A program made the translations under genes and the position numbers. A stretch of 64,000 bases of DNA, taken from NCBI GenBank assembly GCA_043228905.1, contig JBHGNT010000013.1, positions 1,612,001-1,676,000 on the forward strand. The letters are read 5' to 3'. Under the pieces are notes generated by a model. The model had not been told where the DNA came from. It was given only the letters and a program-made list of their open reading frames with translations, and searched no databases. Each line of letters opens with the position of its first letter. Positions within the stretch are counted from its first letter, which is position 1. The stretch comes from Azolla caroliniana. Lineage: Eukaryota > Plantae > Polypodiophyta. Below are positions 24,189 to 35,989 of this stretch, in pieces.

Positions 24189-25299
24189 CGTATCACTTAA
24201 ACTTGAAGCATAATAGTATGATGAGAGGATGAGTGACGACGGTGTGGGGGCCGAAGCAGATCATGAGGGAGGAGGAAATAGTCTAGATTTATTTCATTTT
24301 TAGTTGTACAGGAACTTCACTGTTGAACTTCGTTTGGAAACAACAATCTGGGTTGGCTATTCAACCAAGACTGGGAGAGCAGGATCTTCTATTTGAATCA
24401 AAGACCTATGAAGCAATGATCACTTTCCTTTTGAAATGTTACAAAGAGTTTGAGAAGTCATCCCTAGATGAACGTATTTTGTTGCTATTGGAACATACCA
24501 TGGCCTTAAATGGAATTGTTGATTTACATGTTAAGGCATCAAATGGACTCCTGGTTGTTGCCGCTTAGTCACCAAAGAAATTTGCAGAAATGTATGTTGG
24601 GAGAGTAAGCTAGTCGAGACAATTTGTTGGACATGTTGATACAAGTACATGAGAGATAATAGGAAGGCTTTTTGACAAGGTTTGAAGAAGCTCACGGTGC
24701 TGTATGTGCAACTGGATATATTCTGGTGCAATGTATGTCTGGCATGCCAACATTTCCAATTAACAAGATGAAAAACATACTATCAAGCTTGGTTCACTTG
24801 AGAACATCAGGAAACCCTCTCCTATCAGGAACTGTAGTGGAAGCATTTGGTCATATTGGTCTACGAGGCTGTTTACCTCTATTTTTTGATGGTGATGAAC
24901 ACTATATAGGTAGAGATTCTATCAGCAATAATGAGGTGATAGAAGGAAAACTAGTTTTAACATCTGTAATTCAGTTGTTCAATGATGTCATATCTTCAAA
25001 AGATTCAAAATCAGTTTAGAAAGCAATATTGCGTATGGGCATGCCATGGTGGCCCTGAAAAGATACTTTTGGAAGCAGCGCTGAATGTGATATTTGCATT
25101 GAGCAGGACTACGGTGGAGGAGGTGTTGTTGTAGGTGAAGCTATTTGTTTTATATGGGGTGGTCTTCATTAGCATTGCTTTGATGGACATGTAGGGAAAA
25201 TGTGGTGTGTTGCAATTTTCTTTGTAATACTAGACTTTTTTGTATTTGCCTTTGGCCACTTTATGTTAATACCAATGGAGGCTATTTTTATGGAAAAAA
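24189..25299 (+). pseudogene. ECM29: Retroposed fragment of ECM29 (proteasome adaptor and scaffold, HEAT repeats)
   Basis: LLLLEHTMALNGIVDLHVKAS, RFEEAHGAVCATGY, EAFGHIGLRGCLP and ALSRTTVEEVL..GEAICFIWGG match plant ECM29 as recalled from memory; stops and frameshifts present; short poly-A end and 13-bp TSD. Confidence 0.8.
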
Positions 25300-28200
25300 A
25301 AACTACTAATTTTACAAGCTCCATTTTCGGAGAACCAAAAATGTTTCCTAGTACATTTAATAGTTCTACAAGGGTTTAGGTTCTTAGTTTGCCTCGGGCT
25401 ATTGCGGCCCCACTCTTTAATAGACCACATCAAAAATCCTCTCGGCTCTCCCCTTTCAGGGAGGCTCGATTGTGCTCATGGTTGGGTCTCACCGTAAGGA
25501 ATTAGACCGAATGCTTCCCATCTTGGCTCTTGACCCTACATATGCGACTCGTTGTCTAGCAACTTCGCCTCCATGCGAGCCGCCGTGATGTATGGTTCAC
25601 CCAAGATGACCGGGTGCGAGGACGTCTCTTGAACAAAGAAATGTTGATCTATTTCTACGTTCCCCACCTTCACACGTACATTCGGGCAAGCCCCGTATAG
25701 CTCCTTAGTTGCTCGGGTCGCCGCTCTAATCTTCCACCTGTGCTTCGTGTTGATCGGCCACTTTCCCTTTTCATAAAAGTCCATGGACATAAGGTTGATC
25801 TCAGAGCCATGGTCGATCAATGCTACAACTGGCTCTTTTACATCTCCGACCTGTACCGGTCTCTCCGTTGACACTCTCGCCCAATGTGGCCTCGTGTAGT
25901 GACTGCCCACATAGTCTTCGTCTTCCTTGGGAACCTCAGTTGACAATGCATTTATAATCGTGGTGTCGTGTTGTTTCACTTACGCGAGAGAAACTAAGGC
26001 GGGACCGCAGGGGCCTTGGACCGAGGAGTGCAAGAGATCAAGGGGGGGTGGGGGGGGAGAGAGAGCGAGCGTCGAGCCGGCGAAAGCCTGCTTCCAGCAA
26101 GTGGCGCTTACCGTTCGAATGAATCATGACCACGTGTACAGAACGAACAGAGATGCGCACCCATCAGACAGTGAAAGGGAAACACGCAGAAAAGCACAGA
26201 GAGACAGCAAACAGGAGAATTGATTCCAACAATAAGGATTACATCTTTGCAAGATTACAACCGGCGAGCCGGCAACAGACCCACTCACACTCTCACACAC
26301 ATAGTGGAGCCCTTGCCGTAAGCACTCGGGCTTTCCTCAAAGTAGAGGCAACCGACCAAGAACCTGTAGAGAGCAATGATAGAGGAGGAGAAAGCTTGGT
26401 TCCTAGTCCAACAACAGTCCGTCCTCGCCAAAATGCGATACCTGTTTCAGCCTTCTCCCGTCTCTTTTATAGGCCGCTGGGGAGGGCCGTCACATCCTGA
26501 ATACACCATCTTTATTCTCTATCCCTTCGGACAGAGATACACATCGATTTCCTAGCTACTAAATGTGCACTACCTAGTATATTTACATCAGCCGACCTAT
26601 TCCTAATTATGTACAATTTATCAATCCTTGTGCCCGCGCGTAAGGGCCGGTTCATGCACCTTTTACACTGATGCCGCCTAGGGCCGGTTTTCTTAACGAC
26701 ATCCACCCCCACCAAACCGCGCATCCACTAGTATGCGCCAGAGAAGGACAAATGCCGGATAAAACCAGCTCGTGTTCACCCGTCACTCTCCGAATCTCCA
26801 TCCGCTTCGGTCTGGTCGTCGTCTACGGCCCCCAGGTCCGGTTTGTCCTCGTGCCGCTTCTTGAATGCCTTAATCCTATTCCCCGCCACCGGCACAACTA
26901 TCCTTGTTCGATCAAGCTCCGCGAGATGGTAGGTGCCGTTGTCGTTTGTGCTTGGTACGGCATAAGGCCCGAACCACTCACGAACTTGCGCATTGCCTTG
27001 TGTTGGTTTTCGAGGCTATTGTCATAAACCAATACCTATTCGTCTTCCGCGATCTTCTTCGGTCGTAGCCGGTGAGTCCGATCGAACTGGCCTTTATTCC
27101 TTGCCCTCGCTGCATGCAACTTTGCCTTTGCCCGTTCCATGTCCTCCGGTCTTCGTTCAAGCTGCCGAATCCGCGCAGCCAGTAGCTCTTCCCGACTCAT
27201 CTCGTCTCTCTAGTCCACTGCTGCCCACGAGGAGATCGTTCACTCTACTGGCATGATCAGCTTCTGCCCATACATCAGCTCTGCAGGCATGAACTTGGTT
27301 ACTGAACTATGCGTAGTTCGGTCCACCCACAATGCGTAAGGTAGGAGCCACGACCAATTCTCGACTTGTCCTTCGCAAGCCCGTACTAACGCCTTCACAA
27401 TCGGCCCATGCCCGCGCTCTACCTTCCCGTTCGCCTCCGGATTGTACGCCGTAGTGAAGGAAAGCTTAACCCCTAGCCGACTGAACAGTCGGTGGCTTCC
27501 TGCGCATCCAACTCCCGCAGTCAGCCATGATCTTTTCCATGCACCCGTACCGGGACACCACTTCCTCAATTAGGAACTGGCACACGGTTGCAGTCGTCTT
27601 GTTCGGGAATGCCCGAACCTCCACTTGGTTTGTCAAATCCTCTCTTGCCAGCACCAAGTACCGCATATGCCCTACCCCCATCGGCATCGTCACCAAGTCC
27701 ACCATCCACTTGAAGTGGACGGTCGACAGGTAAGTCGGGTGTAGCTCGTCCCGATATCGAACTACGGAATGCATCTGGTAGCTCTCACAAGTCGTTGCGA
27801 ACCGATGAACGTCCCGGTACAATCCCAACCACCAATACTTCTCCTTCAGCTTTTAGAATGTGGCCCAGGTCCCGCGATGTCCGGCCCATGGACTCTCGTG
27901 ATACGCCGTTAGCAACGCCTCCTGCTCTTCCTTCTTTGCCACTACCCGGAGTGGGACGCCACCTCGCTTCTTCGGGTGTTTCCATATGCGTCTATCTTGT
28001 AGGAAGAACCAGTATGCTTTATTCCTGATCCGGTTAGCCTCTTCTCTCGTCCACGCCGCGTTCGACATCATCGTCTTTAGGAACCCACCGATCTGGAGCC
28101 ACTCCCCGTCGTACTCGCCCTCGTCAAACTCATTAAGCGCCGGAGTGCTCCCTTCCCTTGTCGTCACGTAAGCCGACTCGAAGAAGTCCACACAGACTTC

Positions 28201-29982
28201 CTCGTCCTCCGAAACCATGCCGTCTTCATCATCAAACCGCGCCCTCGAAAGCATGTCGGCCATGGCGTGGTCCTTCCTGGAGATGTGCCGTATCTCCGGA
28301 TTCAGGGACTTAATGTATGCGATCCACTTGAGCATCGCCAGGTCTGGCGTTGTGCATCCGGAAACCATTCCAAGGATCGGTGCAGTCCGTCTCGATTATT
28401 ACCTCCGTCCCGATCAAGTAGTGTTCGTCGACCTTGACCGACGAAACGATACCCCAGAGTTCGCGTTTAACCTGGGTGTATCCTCGTTGTCGCTCGCTAA
28501 GTACTATTGCTCTGAACCGGATAGGGAACCTCGTGCCATTCTCGTGCTCCTGGTTGATCACCCATCCTATCTTGGTCGGGATCGTGTCTACGGTCACGTA
28601 AATCGGAACCTCCTTACCGTAAACCGCTTTCCGGAGTGCCGGTGCCGCGGTACGCACTTCTTTCAATCTCCGGACTGATTCCGTATCTTCCCCGCTCCAC
28701 TCGAACTTGCACCCTTTCTTCAACAACCCGTAGAGTGGCTCCGCAACGTGTGCGTAGTGAGGAATCCAGATGTGGTAGAACGCGCACGCACCCAAGAACC
28801 TCCGGACTTTTGTAACCGACTCGCAGTCTTCCTTCATTGAGGAGATGGCCTCGATCTTTGCTGGGGATAGTTTCCGGCCATAAGGCCCGCACATGTGACC
28901 GACGACCATGATCTTTGACTGCCCGAAAGACGATTTCTCTCCAGAGAAGGTGAGCCGCATGCCCTGCAGCCTTTGTAGCACCTTCTCTTAGTCACCGATG
29001 TGGTCCGCAACGAATTTTCGGCAACCGTTCGGTCCAACCAATTCGCCCATATCTTCCACCGGACACCCTTTGATTGGGATGTCGTCCAAGAACGGCATGG
29101 TGATGTCCAGGATGAAATCCCTCAACACTTTGTTCATTGCATTCACCATGTGCGCCACCGAGTTGGTCCCTCCTTGCGGAAGGGTACACATCCACACTAG
29201 ACCAAGAGGAGTCCACATCTTCGTAATGTTCCTGCTCTCTACGGCTAGTTGGAATTGGTTGTACCCCGAGTACAAATCCCTAACCGAATAAATCAACCTT
29301 TCGACGAAGGCCTCAACGAACTCGTCAATGGTCGGCCCGACTCCAACATTCCAAATGGTCACCTTGTTGATTGGCTGCAGGTCCTGAATAAAGCGCAACG
29401 TGCCGTTCTTCTTCGGCACGGTAAACCACCGATTCGAATATGGGGTACTCGACGGCTCGAGGATGCCCACCTCCACCTTCTGTTTCTGTAGCTCCATCAA
29501 CTTTGGGATGTGAGCTCTCGGTACCGTGAAGATAACCATTGGTTCAATGATCGTCGGGTCTACGCACCTGTTCTCCTCTGGTGAGAATGCGAAGGCCTTC
29601 CCGTGCCTCCCGGGCATTCTCTGAAACCGTTCCTCCTCTGTGGGTAGTATAAAGCCACCCCCAACGATCTCGAGCTCCTGTAGCGTTTTGTAGGTGAACT
29701 GGTGTTGCGAAGATTCACGCGTGCATGTGCTACTCGAGCGACCACCGGGGTCTTGGACTAGGGAGGACGTTCGCGGAATTATCGAAGAGATGACGATCAA
29801 TGTAAGATTGGATGGAATTTGTTCACTTGAGAAGAAGAAAGATTGTACAATTGAGAAGTAGAAAAATATGAAGAAGATAAAGACGAATATAATTATGTTG
29901 ATGATAGTGGTGTTGGTGATATCACATATTGAGCCCCCCCTACACAAGCCCCACTTTAGGCTTTTATAGGTCTCTCCATGAA

Positions 29983-30100
29983 AAAACCATGGGCTAAACC
30001 CACGGCTAAAACCATGGACTGAAACCATGGGCTAAAACCACGGACTGAAACCATGGGCTGAAACCATGGGCTGAAACCATGGGCTAAACTATGGTTTTGT
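29983..30100. repeat. 11-12-bp AAACCATGGGCT microarray in U3 of H/J LTRs
   Basis: About 10 units in the H 3' LTR and 4 in the H 5' LTR (43478-43530); palindromic AAACCATGGTTT variants in J LTRs. Confidence 0.85.
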
Positions 30101-32489
30101 GCCCACGGTTTTTATATGTTTGCTTCCTACGAAATATTGAATATGAAAAGAAAATATACAAAATCTAAAGCACTTAGTAGTGGCTTTAGTGGTAAGTTAA
30201 TTCGTCTCTTATCATGGAGGTGCAAGGTTCAAGCCTTGCTTGCACCCCTTTGTGTGGACTCAAAGGTTACTAGGCTTTAGTCTTATTTTATGTACAAATG
30301 TTCGAGTGCTCATTACACTTTCTCAATTTTGTTTGTTCCACACAATTTTCACACCGTTGCCGAAAATCTTCACGACATCCACCCCCACCAAACCGCACAT
30401 CCTCTGGTACGTGCCAAGAAGAGAGCGTGCGAGATTTCGGCTACTGTGATCAATCAGATTCTTCCACGTCCTCATTCACATCCGTCCTATTATCTTCATC
30501 GTCAAGGTGATCGAGGTCAGCATAAATATTTACTCTTTTCCATGCAATGGGTACAACCAACCTTGATTCGTCTAGCTCCGCAAGGTGGTATGTGGCATTA
30601 TCGTTGGCACTTGTCACCACATACGGTCCGAACCATCTTCTTGCGAACTTTCTTGTTGTACTGTGTTGATTGTCAAGGCTGCTGGTTCGCGCGAAGGCTG
30701 CTCCATTATCGAACACCTTGGTCTCAATCTGGGATGAGGTGATATATGGTTGACCCAAGATGACAGGATGCGAAGTCGATTCTTGCACGAAGAAGTGTTG
30801 ATCCATTTCCACATCCCCAATCATGACTTTAACATTGGGACAAGCTCCGTACAAGTCCTCCGTGGCCTTCGTTGCCGCTCGAATCTTCCATCCGTGGTTT
30901 GTATTAATCAACCATCTTCCCTTTTTGTAGACCTTAGTCGACATGAGGTTAATCTCCGAACCATGGTCAATCAAAGCTACCATGGTCTCTTTCTTCTCCC
31001 TGATCTTCACCGGCGTCTCCGTTGTCGCTCTTGCCCAATGAGGCCAAGAGTAATGGCTGTCTCCCATCACTTCTTCTTCTCTCTCCTCTTCCGATTTTTC
31101 CATAGTTATGGCACTTGTTTTCACCTCCTCTTCATCCACTTGTTGCCTCTTCCGCTTAATGAAGTCCACGATAGTATCGTGAAACTCCTTTGCGATCCCA
31201 AGTAGCTCTCTCAAAGTAAGGTAGACATGACTGTCTAAAACCTTCTCCTCAAGGACCTTCCGCAAGTTGATTGTTTGTTCTATGTCCGACCATAGCTTGT
31301 AAGTCGGTGCCGCTCGTTCTTTTCCTTTCTTCACAGATTCATCGACTTCTATCCGAGAAGGTTGGCTCAATCCACCGGGCTTCATGCTTGTTTCTCCTAT
31401 CTCTTTTCGTGGCGTAGGTTGGGCTTGTCCTTCTTTCCCTGCATTCCTCGTATTGTGACGCTTTGATGTTCCATCTTCTTCACCGGTTCTTTTCCTCTTC
31501 TCTTCGACAAGAGCTTCCTAGTTGTCACGCACAACCTCCACAAAGCTCGTATTATCGTCGACTGGATCTGACCATCCGGTAACTCATTGCACATTTCGAT
31601 CAACAAGTTGTAGATCCTTCAAATCGATTTCTCCTTTCTTTTCACACTCAAATACCGTTGGCCAAAACCCAACTCCCAACTTGATCGTCTTTAGATTCTC
31701 TCTTCCAACTCGTATTCCGGCCGATGCGGCATAGTGCATGGCTTCTACATGCCTTGCATCTTCCTCTTCCACAATCTTTTTCAGCCCACCTCTTCCGAAG
31801 TTCACTCGTAGTGGCTTCCGGGTCTCCCTCGAATGAATCATGTTGCCGTTGTCGCATTACTACGCGCGTGCGTGGAGAAACGAGGCGGGACCACCGGGAT
31901 CTTGAACCGAAGAGCAGGTGATAGGAGGGGAAAGAGAAAGAGAGAGACGACCGGTTACGTCTGAGCAAAGAAACACAGGGACACGGCCCGTCAACGCAGA
32001 AAACACGAATGGACACAGAGACAGAGAGACACGATGTTTGTATATTAACAAATGACACAGAAAAACAGAGCACGCGAGCAGTTACAACCAAACAGGCCGG
32101 CGAATAGATGCCGATGCCTGCTCGTCTGCGCACGAAAGGGGATAGGATGGAGGTAGTGCCGGAAGCACACAGGCGTTCCTCGAAGCAGCGCGAGCCTCCC
32201 GAAATCTTGCAGAGAAGAGCGATGGAGAATGAACAGAGGAGAAGCGTTCGGTTATGGTCCGACAGCACTTCGTCCTCCTCAATGCGCGATCCCTTTCTCC
32301 CCGCGCCTCCCTCTCTTTTATAGCTTCAAGAAGGGAGCCGCTTCCCTCATTAACTTCCTACCTACCGAATCTAACTACCTAGGATATATCTTTGTACCTA
32401 ATCCTTTATTATATACATTAGAGGGCGCGCACGTGTGAAGAGCCGGTTCGCGCGCGCTATACACCGATTGCGCTAAGGGACGGTTTTCT

Positions 32490-35400
32490 TCACGACATCC
32501 GCCCCCACCTAACCGTGCATCCACCGGTATGCGCCAAAATTGGGTTCTGGTTGGAGAAAACCGGTCTGGGTTCCGGTTCCTCGTTCATCGGTTCGTCCTC
32601 CGTTTCGGACTGTTCGTCGTCGCTGTCCAGGCCTCTTACATCCGGTTCGCCGTCGTGGCGCTTCTTGAACGCCTTGATCCGCTTCCCTGCTACCGGTACC
32701 GCCATCCTCGTACCATCGAGTTGCGCCAGGTGATACGTCCCGTTGTCATTGGCGCTCGTTACCACGTAAGGCCCGAACCACCGCTTTGCAAACTTCCGGG
32801 TTGCCCGGTGCTGGTTGTCGAGGCTGATGTCGTAGACTAGCACGCAGTCGCCTTCCTCGATTTTCTTTGGTCGGAGCCAGTGCGTTCGGTTGAACCGGGC
32901 TTTGTTCCTCATCCTCGCCGTCCAAAGTCTCTCCGCCGCTTGTTCCACGTCCCCTGGCCTCCGCTCGAGCTGCCGTATACGCGCCGCTAGCAGTTCTTCC
33001 CGGCTCATCTCGTCTCTCCAGTCCACTATCGCCCAAGAGGAGATCGTCCGTTCCATCGGCATGATCGGCTTCTGTCCGAACATGAGCTCTGACGGCATGA
33101 ACCCGGTTACCGTACTGTGTGTTGTCCGGTCCGCCCACAAGGCATAAGGTAACAGTCGTGGCCAGTTCCCGACCTGGCCTCCGCATGCCCAGACTAGCGC
33201 TTTGACGATCGGTCCGTGTCCGCGCTCCACCTTCTCGTTCGCCTCCGGATTGTACGTTGTGGTGAGCGAGAGCTTGACCCCTAACCGGTCGAACAACGCC
33301 TCGGCCTCTTCGGCGTCCAACTCCCCGCGGTCAGCCACGATCTTCCCGACGCACCCGTACCGGCATATCACGTCCTCGATCAGGAACCGACACACGGCCG
33401 CGGTCGTTTTGTTCTGCAGGGCTCGGCCTTCCACCTGGTTCGTCAAGTCCTCCCGGGCCAGCACCAGATATCGCATCTGCCCTACGCCCATCGGCATCGT
33501 CACCAAATCTACCATCCATTTGAAGTGGATGGTCGGAGGGTATGTAGGGTGAAGCTCGTCCCGATGTCGGACTATGGAGTGTATCTTACAACTCTCACAA
33601 GTTGTCACGAACCGATGCACGTCCCGGTACAGTCCCGACCACCAGTACTTCCCCTTTAGTTTCTCGAACGTGGCCCACGTCCCACGGTGTCCAGCCCAGG
33701 GGCTGTCGTGGTAGGCCTTCAGCAACTTCTCCTGTTCCTCCTTCATCGCCACTACTCGGAGCGGGATGTCGTTTCTCTTCTTCGGGTGCTTCCACAAGTA
33801 TCCGTCCCGGAGAAAGAATCGGTACGCTTTCTTCCGGATCCGGTTGGCCTCGTTCTTTGTCCATGACGCGTCCGGCATCATGGTCCTTAAGAATCCCCCA
33901 ATCTGCAGCCACTCCCCGTCGTACTTAATCTCGTTGAAATCGTTAAGCGCCGGAGTGCTCCCCCCCTCGGTTGTTACGTAAGCCGCCTCGAAGAAGTCCA
34001 CGCCGACTTCCTCGTCCTCCGAAACCATGCCGCACTCGTCGTCGAATCGCGCCCTCGAAAGCATGTTGGCCATGGCATTGTCTTTCCCGGAAATGTGTCG
34101 TATTTCCGGGCACAGGGACTTGATGTACGCTATCCACCTGAGCATTGCCAGGTCCGGGGTTGCGCATCCGGAAACCATGCCGAGAATCGGCAGGCAGTCC
34201 GTCTCGATAATCACTTCTGTCCCGATCAGATAGTCTTTATCGGCCTTCATGGCCGAAACGATACCCCTGAGTTCGCGTTTAACCTGGGCGTATCCTTGTT
34301 GTCGCTCGTTGAGGACCTTAGCGCCGAACCGGATTGGGAACCGAATGCCATCCTCATCTTCTTGGTTGACGACCCATCTGATCCCGGTCGGACTCGTATC
34401 TACCGTCATGTAGATGGGAGTACCTTTCTCGTAGACAGCCTTCCGGAGTGCCGGAGCTGCAGCAAGAGCCTCCTTCATCTTTCGGACCGACTCCGTATGC
34501 TCGTCCCGCCACTCGAATTTTCGCCCCTTTTTCAGCAACCTGTATAGCGGCTTGGCAACGTGGGCGTAATGTGGGATCCATATGTGGTAGAAAGCGCATG
34601 CTCCCAAGAACCTCTGTACCTCCGTGACCGAGTTATAGTCGGGCTTCATTGCGGAGATGGCTTCTACCTTAGCCGTAGATGGTTTCCGGCCATACGGTCC
34701 GCATAGATGTCCGACGACCCTGATCTCTGATTGCCCGAAGGCCGATTTCTCCCTGGAGAAGGTGAGCCTCACGTCCTCTAGCCTTTGCAGCACCCTCTCA
34801 CAGTCGTCAATGTGTGTCGCCACGAATTTCCGGCATCCGTCCGGTCCGATCGTTTCGTCCCTTTTCTCCACCGGACATCCCTTGATCGGGATGTCGTCCA
34901 AGAATGGCATGGTGACCGCACTAGGCCGAGAGCAGTCCGCATCGTCGTAATGTCTCTGCTCTCTACGGCTAGTTGGAACTGATCGTACCCCGAGTACAGA
35001 TCACCGACCGAGTAGATCGACCTTCCGGCGAAGGCCTCCGCGAACTCGTCTATCGTTGGTCCGATTCCTGCGTTCCGAATGGTCACTCTGTTGACCGGTT
35101 GCAGGTCTTGAATGAAGCGCAACGTCCCGTTCTTCTTCGGTACGGTAAACCACCGGTTCGAGTACGGGGCACTCGACGGTTCGAGGATGCCCATATCGAC
35201 TTTCTGTCTCAATAGCTCCATCAGCTCCGGGATGTGAGCTCTCGGTACCGGAATTGGTTTGAGATTCCACGGCACATGCGGTACCGTGAATATCACCATC
35301 GGCTTCACGAGTGTCGGGTCTACGCACCCAATCTCTTCTGGTGAGAATGCGAAGGCTTTCCCGTGCCTTCCGAGCATTCTCCGAAACCGGTCTTCTTCCG

Positions 35401-35989
35401 CCGGCAGTAGGAAACCGCCCCCACCGATTTTGAGCTCCCGTAGCGTTCTGTCGGTGAAGGTGTGTCCTATGCAGGCCGGATCTCGTAAACTAGGGTCCGA
35501 CATGACCCCCTTGATTCGCAACTCGCTGCCCTCTGGTAAGGGTGCCGCGACTGGCCTTACCTTCCGGTCCACAGTCTTGTACTTCGTGTTAACCCGGGCC
35601 ATCCGATCCGACTCAAGCCCCCGACTGAAGTCCGCGATGACTTCGTACATCTCTTCTGAACAAACCGGTATCGTCTGGTCCTCTTTAAGGCCTTCTCCGA
35701 CCACCTCTCGCAGTATTCCCAAGGTATCGTCAAAGGAGACCGCCTCCACGGCTCCGTTGATTTCCTTGTTGGGCCCGAGAACTCCGCACGCCCGAAGTCG
35801 CTCTTCTGTCCTTGTCTTTTCTCGGCCAACGACGCTGACTATCATACACCCTCCGTTGTCGGAGAAACAAAACTTCCTACTTATGGTACAAGGTTTCTTC
35901 GGTTTCGCCTCTATCGTACATTTGTGGGGTTTTCCCGGAGTGTCCGGACTGTCGCGGCCCCACGCCTTGACAACCCTCTCTAAAAATCC
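32490..35989 (-). pseudogene. pol: pol (RT-RH-INT with GPY/F, no chromodomain) of element I, with a frameshifting deletion in RT
   Basis: ORFs 34778-36466 and 32490-34910; the LPQG segment is missing at about 34915. Confidence 0.9.
35924..35989 (-). promoter_or_regulatory. Predicted -1 ribosomal frameshift signal (GGAUUUU plus pseudoknot)
   Basis: G GAT TTT TAG at the gag-PR end, with pol open in the -1 frame; conserved at 25370-25439, 44243-44308 and 63854-63917. Confidence 0.75.

Larger units (their letters stand above)
10717..25963 (-). pseudogene. pol: Decayed gag-PR / RT-RH-INT of Gypsy B2, in pieces 10717-11956, 17284-18814, 23624-24188 and 25300-25963
   Basis: ALIDHGSEIN (PR), YSNRWFTVPKKNG and LPQGGTNS (RT), ETDCLP..ADMLSR (RH), HESPWADHRG and WFRPY (INT). 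Interrupted by D1, E and the ECM29 retrocopy, and cut by G. Confidence 0.88.

Noticed and set aside
24323-25019. Intact host gene exons
   Set aside because: In-frame stops, frameshifts, an internal fragment only, and location inside a TE between target-site duplications.
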